64,000 bases of DNA from Zancudomyces culisetae HAW-14-8 (taxonomy: Eukaryota > Fungi > Kickxellomycota): the NCBI GenBank assembly GCA_052426225.1, contig JBNJNM010000011.1, positions 2,480,001 to 2,544,000 on the forward strand, given 5' to 3'. Positions 49,519-61,415 of this stretch are shown piece by piece; the stretch's first letter is position 1, and each line of letters starts with the position of its first letter. The position numbers and the translations under genes are program-made. A model generated the notes under the pieces. It was not told the origin of the DNA. It ran no database searches and saw nothing but the letters and a program-made list of their open reading frames with translations.

Positions 49519-52500
49519 ATGATGCCTAGCCACGCAATTCTCTTGATAGCTGCTGTATTGGGTCTTTGTGTAAGTCCAACTAGTAATAGCGAGGACAATG
49601 ATAGAAATCGGTACTGCAAAAGGAAATGCAATAATGCTGAAAAAATGAATACGTGGTTTGAGGAGTGTTTTGAAGAAGCTCTGCCTAATTCAAGCATCGG
49701 TTATTATAATTCACCATTAGCTGCTGTAAACAACGAATCCGGTAAGCTTGTGGACACAAACTACAGAAACTATAGGCACGAGGGAGGTAATGGTATGATG
49801 GATTAAAATATTGATAGTTTTGAATGTTTTCGATAAAGATTGGATTAGCTAACATAGACAAAAATCATTTTTTGTATTAGTAGGAGAGCACAGTGCCAGT
49901 TCGGATTATTCCAAGACACCACTAAAGAGGAGCGATATATTGATCAATATTTCAAATCATATGAACACCCAAGCACAAGGTGGATATACTCCTGGAGATA
50001 AGGTCGTAAAGCGGCAGGACAACATTTCTAGTAAATTAGAAGGCCTTACAGTGAAAATTGATGATATTTTGAATAGGTTGGGGAAGATTGAAAATACTCT
50101 GGGGCTCCCCAATCAAGGCGATTCTACTTTATTTCAAAGAATGATAATTAATGAAGTAGATAAAAACAAAGCTAAAGAAATCGTTAGGTTTGTTAGTGGA
50201 TGGGTGGTAGAAACTTTCGTTATATATAATTATGCTGTTAAAAATATTACTGAAATAAGAGAATCTCTCAATAATCTTCGCACCAGTATTGGTAGGGAGG
50301 AAGAAATTAACAATTTACAAAACCAACTAGAATACCAAACGTTGCTGTACGATACGTGCGTTGAAGAGAAGCAAGAGGTTGAGAGAACGCATGATAGTTA
50401 TAAAGGGGATGTTGAAGAGGAAATTAAAAAATTAAATGAAGTAGTGAAGTTTAAAAACGAAATACACAATAATTGTAACCAGAGCCTAAAAAAAATAAAA
50501 AGTGATAATAGAAATGAAAAAAGATGCGGAGATAAACTGTTAGCAGCTGAAGAGAAAAATAGAGCAGTGAATGCGATTCTCAGTATTTGTAAAACCGAAC
50601 AGGATGGATTACAAAATACACTGAATGAACAGATATCAAAGGGTGATACATGTGAAGCTAAAATTAAAGTAGTTGAGGGAGAGCGGGATAATTATAAGCA
50701 AGAGGTTGAGGAAGCCAAAAATAAACTGTCTACAGAACAAAAGAAAAATGAGGATATGGCTAGACAGCTTAGCATTTGCGAGACCCAATATGGTGAATTA
50801 CAAATTGATCGTGAAACTCAACGATTAGTTCATGATGAATGTACTGGTAATCTCAAAAAAACTGAGGAAGAACTACGTCAAGTTAAAAACCAAAACGAGG
50901 TCGCTGAGGGGGAGCGTGATAATTATAAACAAGAGGTTGAGGAAGCCAAAAATAAACTGTCAGCAGCTGAAGAGGAAAATAGAGCGGTGAATGCAATTCT
51001 CAGTATTTGTAAGACCGAACAGGATGGATTGCAAGAAAAACTGGACAATCATATATCAAAGGGTGATACATGTGAAGCTAAAATTAAAGTAGTTGAGGGA
51101 GAGCGTGATAATTATAAAGAAGAGGTTGAGGAAGCCAAAAATAAACTGACTGAAGAACAAAAGAAAAATGTGAATGTGAATGAAGAGTTTGGTAATTGTA
51201 ATGCTGAACGTGGTGAATTACAAAAAAAACTAACCGAGCAGATATCACAGTCCAGTAGTTGTGAAACTAAAAAGAATAAAATTGAGAAAGAATATGAAAG
51301 CTGTAAATCTAACCTCGAGGAAGCCGGAAAGCAACTATCTGCAAAAAAAAAGGTAAATGAGGACGTGGGTAAAAGGCTTAGTAATTGTAAGACCCAACAT
51401 GGTGAATTACAAATTGATCGGGAAGCTCAACAATTAGATCATGATATATGTACTATAGACAAGCAGGAAATTATGAAAGCACATGAAGTATGTACTGGTA
51501 GTCTCAATAAAGCTGAGGAAGAGCTGCATAATATTGAAAATCAAAAAGGAGAGGTTGAGAGAGAGCGTGATGATTGTAAGAAAAAGGTCAAGAATGTCGA
51601 AAATGAACTATCTAAAGCTAAAGAAGAAAAAACGGAGGTGAGTGTAAGGCTTAGTAATTGTGAGACTCAACAGGGTGGATTGCAAGAAAAACTGGACGAT
51701 GTTTTCAAAGTTCAACAAAGGTCTTTTAAAGAAGTAGATGAAAACTGTGAATCTAAGCTGAAGGATGCAAAAAAGAAAAAAAGAGAAGTGGATGCCAAAC
51801 TTGAGGCCTGCAAGAGTCAAAATATATCATTAAGAACAGAGCTAAAAGCGGAATTAAAAACCGAGTTTACCAACCTTGGCAATGAACTCGGTTCCACGTT
51901 GAGTAAAAAAGTCGAATCTATTCATAAGAGTCTTGGTGATGAGTTAAAAGAATGTATTACTAAAAAGGAGTTTAATGATAAGTTGGATTCACTTAGTAAA
52001 CAGTGCAAAGAAAGTACTAATTTTAGCGATATTACTAATCTCTTAGCTAAATTTAACGAAATCAATGAAGGATGTATATCAAAGATAGATAACGTTGAAA
52101 GTGTTTGTAAAGTAAATGATAAAGTTCAACCCATCTTGGACGAGTTGGTGAAACTAAAGGGTTTTGGAGAAACGTGTAAGAATAAAATATCTAGTGTCAA
52201 AGCAGCATGTGAGAATGACAGAATATCAATTGATGGTATAAAAAAGAAGCTAGTTGATAGAGGCGAGAAATACAAAGCCTGTAACTCCATATTAACATCT
52301 CTTCCGGATTTATGCAAAAATGAGAATTCTTTAAAAGATATTACAGAAAATTTGAAAACTGTGAAGGGGCTTGGAGATACGTGTAATACTAACGTAGAAG
52401 CTCTTAAAGTGCAATGTGGGAAGGACAAAAAATCATTAGATGGTATACTTGAAAGCCTGACTACCATTAATAATTCTAAGAATTTATGCAATAGCGGATT

Positions 52501-53050
52501 TTCTGATACTATAGCTATTTGTAAAAAGGAAGATGTAACCAACAAGCTAAATAAAGAGGTGGATGGTGTCAAACATGGATTGGAGGCAGGAATTAGCGCT
52601 CTTTTTTCCATTTTTAAGGAGAGACATGAAGGTGATTTTACCCAAATGAGTGAATTGCAAACTAATGTTATAAATATTGACACAGGGGTTAATGATATCA
52701 AGAACCGTGCAAAGGCTACTGAGAATATGCTGACACAAGTTATTAGTGACATTGAAAATGTTAGAAATCAAGTAGGATGCTCCACTTTATCAACCTGTTT
52801 GAATGAGAATATGGCTGGTCTTTTTGACTCTAAGTTATCCACCTGCTCCATTGATGCAAAAACCAAGTTAACACTGACTGGGATTCTAGATAAGGTGACA
52901 GAAATAGATCGAAATATAAGTATATATGCCGTTCCAAAGTACCCCATAATGGCTGCCCTCAACTCGGCACCACGAGATGCCATATTGACATTTTACAACA
53001 TTTTTCCTATTTTGGTATTTTGTTTTATCAGTGCTTTGAGTCTTTTGTAA
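49519..53050 (+). CDS. Secreted, probably GPI-anchored, Cys-rich coiled-coil repeat protein (1130 aa), function unknown
   Basis: Exon 49519..49741 (signal peptide MMPSHAILLIAAVLGLCVS) joins 49881..53050 in frame. KR sites, a long heptad region with internal repeats, and a terminal hydrophobic tail (ILTFYNIFPILVFCFISALSLL*) with no cytosolic residues. Confidence 0.85.
50540..51700 (+). repeat. Coding internal repeats (189-bp and 231-bp units forming a 420-bp higher-order repeat)
   Basis: GCAGCTGAAGAG...GGATGGATT at ~50543 and ~50963. GAGGG(A/G)GAGCG(G/T)GATAATTATAA at 50675, 50906 and 51095. Confidence 0.9.
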
Positions 53051-55361
53051 AAATGTACATACCTATGGATTTTTGCTTTTATGTAGCATATCCACGGAAA
53101 ATCTCGTATTTTCCAACATTTTCGACAAACATGGTAAGCATATCATGGGATCCCGTTTAGAGGCTGATAAAATATTATATGCAAAGTTTCTTGGGTCGGA
53201 TAAAACACCTCCATAGTTGTCTTTGAGAGCCGTCATGCATACATAATTGATTGATCCTTAGTATACGCTGTAGACGCTTTGGCGTTAGTAAAATCATCTC
53301 TTGGTACTTTGGTACCAAGGATCTTGACCTTTAGCACCAGGAGCAAAAAATATGTTTGTGTCATAGTATACCCTCACCCTTCTCTGCCAGATAAACCAGT
53401 CATTAGCTCATAACACACCCAGATTTCTGTTACTGCATGGGTTTTCAAGTCACGGGTTATTTGCCCCAATACTTTTTTCCAGAAAACGAATATTGGATTT
53501 AACGAGCTTTTTTCAGGATTAAAAGCCACTCTGGTTTCCTAAATACATAAATATAACCGGTGTAAGATATCAGCCAAAAAATGTGAATAAAAGATCGACC
53601 ACAGGTGTAAACACCAACACCAACACCAACACCAACACCAATATCTAATAACTAATAACCCTGTATTACTTTTACTTTCATTAAAAAGCCACTTTCAAAT
53701 ATTAGCACAAAATTGTACCAGTCAAAGTTCGAGATATTGAACTCAACCTATAGCAAGTAGAGAAAAGTTGGTTATGCAAACAAGTTTAATGCTTGGAGTG
53801 GCAATGAAACCAAGAACGGGGAGAGACGAGTGTATAGAGCATAAGAAAAGTAAATGGTGGTTGTTGGTATGTTGTCGCCTAGCTGATCGAAAAGTAATTG
53901 TTTCTTGAAAGCTATTTGCGCATTTTACAGGGCTAATGAGGATTGGCGGAGATGAAAGCGTCTGTGCTAGTGGAATTGAAGATTGTAAACAAAAGATGAT
54001 TAACAAGCAAAACGAGGCGGGGAGTAGTGAAGGGGATACGATGACTCGATCATGTTGAATACACATGATTCCTGTCAAATTTGTATTGTTCTCCACAATC
54101 CTGTCTTTTTTCTCCTCCTCTCTCTCTTTTCTTTGAAGTCACAAGGTCCTTATCTTTCCGTTTTTTTTTTCTGGGCTATTCATTATTCTTTGTTCCTGCT
54201 CTTCTCTCGGTCTTATAAAAATAAGCCCTGGGGTTTTTTCTCCTGGCACATAAACAGGTGTTGCAGAATAATGTAAAAGATAGCTCCGCCAATAAAAACG
54301 TTGACGGCTTCGGCTAAGCAAATAAATTAAAGTTTCTAGCCATTTCACTTTCTTTTTACTGCCTCGAACTATTCTAGTCATTAAATATTAATTTAAATGC
54401 GAAAAAATAGAACAATAAAATGCCCAAGGCTAAATAAAAGAACGGAATACACATTATTTTTTTTTGGCCTCGTGTTTATTACATTTGTGCTAGGAACAAA
54501 GATAGGAAAAGAGAAAACCAATGGATGAGGTTCTGCTATTTCATATATTTACAAACACTTGACTCTTTTTAAACCGCTAGAACCTACAAAAATAAAACCA
54601 TAGGGTAAATAAATACAAGGTACTTGTAAGACAATTATAAACAAATATTTTCCCTTTACTCTTGTCAATTAAATAAAGTAGGAGAAAACATACCAAAACA
54701 AAAAACATCCTTTATTGTATTGTAGGTCGATTCACAAACATTGTACTGAACTAGTATTTATAACATACACCGGAGAGGTTGTTTAAATATAACGAAATAT
54801 AAAATTCTGCTTTACGCAAAAAGGTATATACATACCCAGTTTTGAAAAATATACACAAAGGCAGTGTAAAAGAAAAAAAACAAGAAGTAACAAGGAGATA
54901 AAAACGAAACGAGATAAACCATAACACTAACAGACACTTGGATTATAAACGGAAAAGAGTGTATTAATAATTGTATAAAATCCAGCTATATATCGGTTTT
55001 TGTTGGTTTAAAGGTAGGGAAAATAGAAATAAAACAGCACGCAATAAGAGCAGCGTGATATATTTACTTTAGCAATAAGCGACAATAACAGTTTATGCTA
55101 TCTATTGTGTGTTTTTTAAAAAAAAGAAAATTAAAGAAAAGAAAAGCAAAAAGAGGTTGTAGCTCCTCTCTTTAGGGATGTAAACGCATATATGTCTAAT
55201 AGTATATTCAGTGGATATTAATGATGCACACATTAATGAGTTACAACTTAGCTAATAACGTATTATTGCTATCTTGTAGGTATAATCAAAATCAACAAAC
55301 TAAAACAACAACAATCAAGAGGTATATATTGGAAGAAAATAAACGATATTAAAAAGAAAAT

Positions 55362-55940
55362 ATGTCTACCACACCTTCAGCAAAGGGAAAAAATAAAGCC
55401 ACGGCTATCCAAAGCCAGGTGGATGAGGTGACAGAGATTATGCAGCAAAATATAAGCAAGGTTCTTCAACGAGGTGAAGGTCTTGACTCGCTACAAACCA
55501 AGACAGGTAAGCACATCAGTCTTGATTTTACTGTTATTACCACTGTTTGTTGCTAAATTATCTATACAAACTCAATATCGTTGAAATAACAATAACTGAA
55601 AATACCAAAAAAAAATAAAAACTCAAATAAAGCATATATACTTTTAAAATAGAGGAAATGTCTGCAAGTGCACAAGCTTTCCAGAGAAAGGCAAAAAGTA
55701 CAAGGAGAAAACTATGGTGGAGAAACTTAAAATACACAATTCTTGTACTAGTTGTTATTATAGTTGTGCTCTTGATAATTCTGGGTAAGTAGAGAATAAG
55801 TGTTAATTAGTTTATTTCATACAAAAAAAAACCAGTATGGTAAAACGTGTTAAAGAAAAAAGAGTAGAAAAAATAGGAATACTAATGTATCTATATATTT
55901 GTGTGTACTTTATATAGGCCCTGTACTAAAAAAACTATAA
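55362..55940 (+). CDS. SNC1: Synaptobrevin/VAMP v-SNARE (Snc1/Snc2-like), 3 coding exons
   Basis: [29 protein letters not shown] / [13 protein letters not shown]...[10 protein letters not shown] followed by a transmembrane helix / GPVLKKL*. Confidence 0.94.
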
Positions 55941-56471
55941 AAATCGAGTTTTTTTATTTGTTGATAATTTAATTGCCTATTCTTAACAGAAACGAATCAT
56001 ATATGCATGTCTGCTCTTCTTTTTTGTATCAAAAAAAAAGATGACAAAAGAGAAAAAAGAGTATGTATATGATAATAGACGCACATGATAAACGGCATCA
56101 CAAAGTGTAATAGAACAACTATAATCTTGTATCTCATTGGAAACCCTCAACAACATTGATACCTCCGCCCCTTCTCTCTACCACATATATTCTTTATTTT
56201 ATCGTTCTTAACCTTCTTTTCTTCGCCTTTGGTTTTTTTTTTGTACATAGTCTTTGGTTTTTTTTATTTTTTTTTTATCCAGCATAACAATGTTGTAAAA
56301 AAAAGCAACCAAGATATCCTAATAGTGAAAAAAAAAAGATTTATGGTTTTTTATATTAATGAATGAGTATAAAAAAGGCTTGCTATAAGAAGCGAGAAAG
56401 ATATTCATTCAATTCATAAAGTAACCTACCAAACCTCATCCACTCCAACATGAATAGGATGAAAAAATGAT

Positions 56472-58124
56472 TTATTTAAACACACTCAGGGATAACTCTG
56501 CAATTTCAGTGCAGAAAAGAACAATGTTACTAGCTGTCTCTTTCTTAAATAAAATCCAAGATCGAAAAACCTCAATTGTACACCTGTGGCTAACAAGTTC
56601 TTGCTCGGTTAATAAATGTACATGGCTACAATCTGTTGGGTTAAAAATCAAAAGATGGATTGCAATAGCAGCAGCTCTTAGATATGCGTTTTCAATACTG
56701 GTAAGTTTGCTAGTACCACTATTTTGTTTCCAATAATAAGAAAACTTTTGGGTTTGGGTTTGGGTTTGGGTTTGAGTTTGGGAAAGCTCGTTGATCTGGC
56801 CCTCCTCGAAATCCTTTAGATCTCTTAGTAGGTTTTGCACAAGCGTAGTTAGTATTAGCTTTATCATAATATTTAACTCGGTGTTTGATTCAGCTAGTTT
56901 TAAGAGAAATTGGATTGTTGTCATAGAAAGTTCCCTGTTCGCACCCACTACTTTTAATTCAAGCATAATTATTCTACCATTACCACCATCACTAAAGAAA
57001 AAATATAAACTATAAACTATAAAATATAAAATATAAAATATAAAATATAAAATATAAAACAATATAATAATAACTTGTGGGTTTATTTACCTGCATTAAA
57101 GTCATTTACACCCATTAGTTCATTAAACTTCTTGTCTATTTTAAAATATGCTTACAACTTTAAACGATGGCAATATAAATAAATAGAAAAGATAATACTT
57201 TTCGATTTGCATTGAGGAAATAGGGGGAGGGGGATAATACCATGATATAATCAATTATTACATATAAAGACTGTTGTGGTATCTATAGATAATGTTACGA
57301 GTTTCTCAAACACCTCATGAAATTGGTATACACAAATCCGCTTATCCTCTATTTCATTTATACGATTGTAATTCCTAATTAACAAGATATCGACATTTGC
57401 TTTTAACTGTAATAATACACATGTTAAATAATATTACGTGTTGAAAAAATGCTGTCAGCTATTTCCCCGATATTATGAAAGACCTCTTTTCTAACAGTAG
57501 TCTCAGTAGTGTTACAGAGTTGGATTTCTGACACGATTTTTTCTAGCATAATTTCCATTAACTGGGGTTTTCCTAGTTTATTTTGTATTTTCACCACCAC
57601 AACCACAACCACAACCACCACCCCATTATTTATTATTAGCAGTTGATGATAAATGTAATTAAAAGGCGAGTTTTTGATTATATTTGAGGTTTTACGTTTT
57701 GTAGATATTCTTCCTGTCAATCCTTTGATAACCTTGGATGCTAAAGCTATAATAATGATAAAAATACATATAAACTATTAATGTTTATTACATCTGTTGG
57801 TGATGAATACAAGATAGAAAAAAAAGGTGAAAAGATCGTTGAAAAATATCCCAGTACAAAACAAAGCAAAACAAAACAAAACAAAACAAAACAAAACAAA
57901 TCGAATTCAAGCTAAAACTCACATTCAATACTGCAAAGTCGTGATCTTTTTGCCCTTATAATAGCCACAGCCTACAATCCAAAATATTAAATATCATCAG
58001 ATACTCTCCAATCTCTACTTTAGTGAAAATTTATATATATACACTAGGTATTCAAAAATAATAATATTCTCAACTTTACCAGAGCCAGTTTTAGATCATT
58101 GTTGTTTTCGTTCAGATTTTTCAT
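56472..58124 (-). CDS. Multi-exon helical protein with a MEI4/Rec24/PRD2-like N-terminal motif
   Basis: Exons 58080..58124 and 57923..57971 splice to MKNLNENNNDLKLALAVAIIRAKRSR, then in frame to ORF 57424..57720. Further exons lead toward ORF 56472..57062, but the internal junctions are uncertain. Confidence 0.5.
57003..57060 (+). repeat. (AAATAT)n microsatellite, intronic
   Basis: Seen directly. Confidence 0.9.
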
Positions 58125-58634
58125 TATCGATTTATTCTTTGTATTCAATAGTATAATACTGTATTATTTTTCATACATACATATACACATACATACATAT
58201 ATATATATTGTTTTTTTTGAATGATGAAATATAAATCGATGTCACTTTGTGTATTTTCATTTTGAACATTTACACTATTTATACGATTTGACATGATCAA
58301 AACAAACTATAAAAATGGCGAGCATTGTTCAAAAAGGACAATGGTGTCATTATTCATGTCATCATTGATCATTGATCATTTATTGATTTTTTTTTCTGAT
58401 TTGATCCAACAAAGAGAAATAAAAGACTGGGGGTGCGGGGAAGTGGGGGATATCCACATTTATCGCATCCAAATGGGGAGGAGTAAACTCGCAAACATAA
58501 ATGCAATAAATAAATACATATGTATATTTCAAATAGACTCTATTGGATTTATGGTCCCTAACAGTAGCAATATCAAAATCAATAAACAAAAAAAAAAAGA
58601 CTAGTTCAATGTAAATGGGTAAATATGTCTAATT

Positions 58635-61415
58635 TTACATAATAGAGCAATTGCCACCTTCAATACCCCCATCAGGTTTACGTGTTAGGCGTTCACGACG
58701 TTCAGTAAGTCCAAACCTTTTGAGTTGAGCAACCCGCTCCCTAGACGGCAAGTGACCCTTCTCAGCTGCACGACTATACCACTTGATGGCTTCAAAGCTA
58801 TCGGGAGCGTCAACACCGATTCCAAACTCATAACAATAACCAACTGCATATATTGCGCGCAAATAGCCGCGGTTTGCAGCACGTCGCGCCCAAAGGTACG
58901 CTTCGATGTCGTCTTGCGGCAGGTAGGGTTCAGCGCCAGTGAGATACCATCCGGCAAGAGCAAGCTCAGACTCGGGATCATGGTGTTCGGAGGCACGGGT
59001 ATACCATCCAATGGATTTTTGGGGATCGACAGTACAGTTCAATTCGCCATACTCATAAGCGATAGCAAGTCTACGCATGGATTTTACAAAACCCATACGA
59101 GCAGACTTGATATAAAGCTCCTTTGCATAGCCCAGATCGTTGATGAGGCCAGGTAGCTCGCGAGACTCGTGAATAAGAGCCAACTCATAAATGGCCTGAG
59201 GAGTGTTTTCGTCACTCTTTTCGGCGGAACGCTTTAGCCAAGTTACAGCCTCCTTTGGTTGTGGCGACTGTCCCAACAACCCATCGAGCAGAATCATGCC
59301 CATTTTGAACATGGCACGCACATGGCCCAAAGAAGCAGCCTTGCGATAATACATGACAGCATGTGTATTCTCAGCCTTAACACCGACGCCCAGCTCATAG
59401 CAAACCGCAACACGGTAGAGAGCTTCGGAGTGCTGTAATTTCGAAGCGGCCATGTACAGAGTAAAGGCTTTTGTGGGGTTCTTTGGAAGATATTTTCCAG
59501 TTGAATACAAAGTAGCCAAAAAGAACTGAAACTCGGCGGTATACACAGACTTGGACTTACCGATTCGTGATTTGGCCAGCTCCTTGAGAATTTTGAGAGC
59601 TTCATTTCTGACCATTTGGATCTCACCAATGGCCTTGTTTTGGTCTGCAGCTCGAGACACAACTTTTTCGGGGTTTTCCAGCAGATAACGTGCAATTTCG
59701 AATCTGGAAACCGAGTCAACTTTCTTGTCCTTGAGGTTTTTCAGCATCTCCTCGACAGCCAGCGGATTGATCGCAACACTGATGTTTTTAAAGGCTAGAT
59801 TTGTGTGCTGATTTTCTAGTTCGGAAATCATCTCCCTTTTGCTGAACGGCCCAGAGCCATAGTGATCTCTCGACTCGTAGCTATTCCTACTATCCGCTGG
59901 TCCACTGAGGTCGATAGAATGCTCGCCATCAAACCCTGCCTCTCCGGATGTAGACTGGTAGCCGTGAGAATATGTCGAATCTTGAGTAGCTCCACTGCTG
60001 CTAGCTCCACTTACTGAGGCGGCAATGGATGCCGGTGCTGAGGGGCGCAGTGAATATGATGCCGAGCTAGGTTGATTGTCTGTGTACACATTAGATGTAG
60101 TGTAGGTCTCGCTTGGTTTAGGTTCGGTAGCAAACTCTGTTACGCTAGGAACAATACCACTGCTTCTTTGATTGGCTGCAATTTTGGTCTGTCTCTGAAC
60201 TTTCTTTGGTTTATTTCCAATCAACATACCAAGCGGCATGTCGTCGAATCCTTCCAAGGGACCTGACGTTGCTGTATCTGAGCTACTGCCTCTCCTTGGC
60301 ACCACTTCCTGTATATAGGTCTGTGATCCCAGCTGCTCGCCATCACTACCTGATCCCTGCCTGTTGTTGTCGCTTTGGTTGGTTCCCAATTCCTCCTGAC
60401 CATTTCGCTGCAGTATATGTGTGGTACTAGCATCATCGAAGCCTTCATTAAAGTATGTTGGACTGGGTTGGGTGTATGCGTTCTCTTTTAAAAATTGTTC
60501 TGTCCTGCTCGGCTTCTTCTTAGTGTATCCTCCCTCTAACTCCGGTGTATTCTCATCAAATCCTTCGGTGTAGTGGATTGTATTCACCTGACGCAGCTCA
60601 CTACCTTTATTCTTCTCAACTCCTTCATTGTGGCTCTTTCCACTAGATCGTGACGGTACATCGGTTTGGTCTTTAGTTTTTTCATGTGGCGTTACAACTG
60701 GAGTCATATCAAATCCTTCATTAACATCTACTCCTGTTTTACCAACTTTATCACTTTCGTGCAACCCTGTTTGTCTAATCATACCGCTAAACCCATCATC
60801 ATATCCCATAGCTTTGGTATCAAATTGTCCACCACGCTGCTTATCCATCATGCTCACTGCCTCGCACTGAACTTGTTTTATATCTCTCGGGCCATACATT
60901 TTCTTTTCTTTGGAAAACCCGTCAAATCCGTCAAACCCGTCAAACCCGTCAAACCCGTCATCGATGCCGCGTTGTACCTTTTTTTCAGAACGTTTTCTTG
61001 GGACGGGAAGTGGTTTTCTATACGGCACAGTTTGATACTTTACAAATCCGCCCTGAGAAGAATCGAACCCCATATCACCTTCACCTTCGCCTTGGCCTTC
61101 ATCGTCACATTCAGAACCAACATCAGCACCAATATCGTTGTTCTTATTCGTACTTTTCCATGTAGTACTCCCTTCGGTCTCGCTACCTGAAGAGTCTGCA
61201 TTTTGAGTTCTCCTTTTGATTGGGATAGGCGGTAGAGATTTCCGTTCTCCCGTACTTTCTTGCGATCTATCCTTGCCAACCTCTTGCATATTGTTCGAAA
61301 TGAACTGTTTCCCTCCTAACCTACTACTTTTCAGGTAGGTCGGCATAGTATTATCAGTAATTACATTATCAAAACCCTCCTCCACACCTCCCTGCCTTAT
61401 AAATCTACCTTCCAT
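58635..61415 (-). CDS. SKT5: Chitin synthase activator Chs4/Skt5 (SEL1 repeats, C-terminal CaaX)
   Basis: SEL1 repeats EALYRVAVCYELGVG, AMFKMGMILLDGLLG, AYEYGELNC, ELALAGWYLTG, AIYAVGYCYEFGIG; ends in CSIM. Confidence 0.92.
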   Translation of the reverse strand: MEGRFIRQGGVEEGFDNVITDNTMPTYLKSSRLGGKQFISNNMQEVGKDRSQESTGERKSLPPIPIKRRTQNADSSGSETEGSTTWKSTNKNNDIGADVGSECDDEGQGEGEGDMGFDSSQGGFVKYQTVPYRKPLPVPRKRSEKKVQRGIDDGFDGFDGFDGFDGFSKEKKMYGPRDIKQVQCEAVSMMDKQRGGQFDTKAMGYDDGFSGMIRQTGLHESDKVGKTGVDVNEGFDMTPVVTPHEKTKDQTDVPSRSSGKSHNEGVEKNKGSELRQVNTIHYTEGFDENTPELEGGYTKKKPSRTEQFLKENAYTQPSPTYFNEGFDDASTTHILQRNGQEELGTNQSDNNRQGSGSDGEQLGSQTYIQEVVPRRGSSSDTATSGPLEGFDDMPLGMLIGNKPKKVQRQTKIAANQRSSGIVPSVTEFATEPKPSETYTTSNVYTDNQPSSASYSLRPSAPASIAASVSGASSSGATQDSTYSHGYQSTSGEAGFDGEHSIDLSGPADSRNSYESRDHYGSGPFSKREMISELENQHTNLAFKNISVAINPLAVEEMLKNLKDKKVDSVSRFEIARYLLENPEKVVSRAADQNKAIGEIQMVRNEALKILKELAKSRIGKSKSVYTAEFQFFLATLYSTGKYLPKNPTKAFTLYMAASKLQHSEALYRVAVCYELGVGVKAENTHAVMYYRKAASLGHVRAMFKMGMILLDGLLGQSPQPKEAVTWLKRSAEKSDENTPQAIYELALIHESRELPGLINDLGYAKELYIKSARMGFVKSMRRLAIAYEYGELNCTVDPQKSIGWYTRASEHHDPESELALAGWYLTGAEPYLPQDDIEAYLWARRAANRGYLRAIYAVGYCYEFGIGVDAPDSFEAIKWYSRAAEKGHLPSRERVAQLKRFGLTERRERLTRKPDGGIEGGNCSIM

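Noticed and set aside
53743-54381. Two minus-strand ORFs in frame across a single TGA (54139-54141), a possible selenocysteine readthrough (Sec use is known in Harpellales)
   Set aside because: The joined product resembles no selenoprotein, has no redox motif around the TGA, looks like low-complexity non-coding DNA, and I saw no SECIS.
56748-56783. (TTTGGG)n telomere-like or G4-like array
   Set aside because: Short and internal; it encodes a (QT)n run in the minus-strand exon and is one of many hexamer microsatellites in this window.
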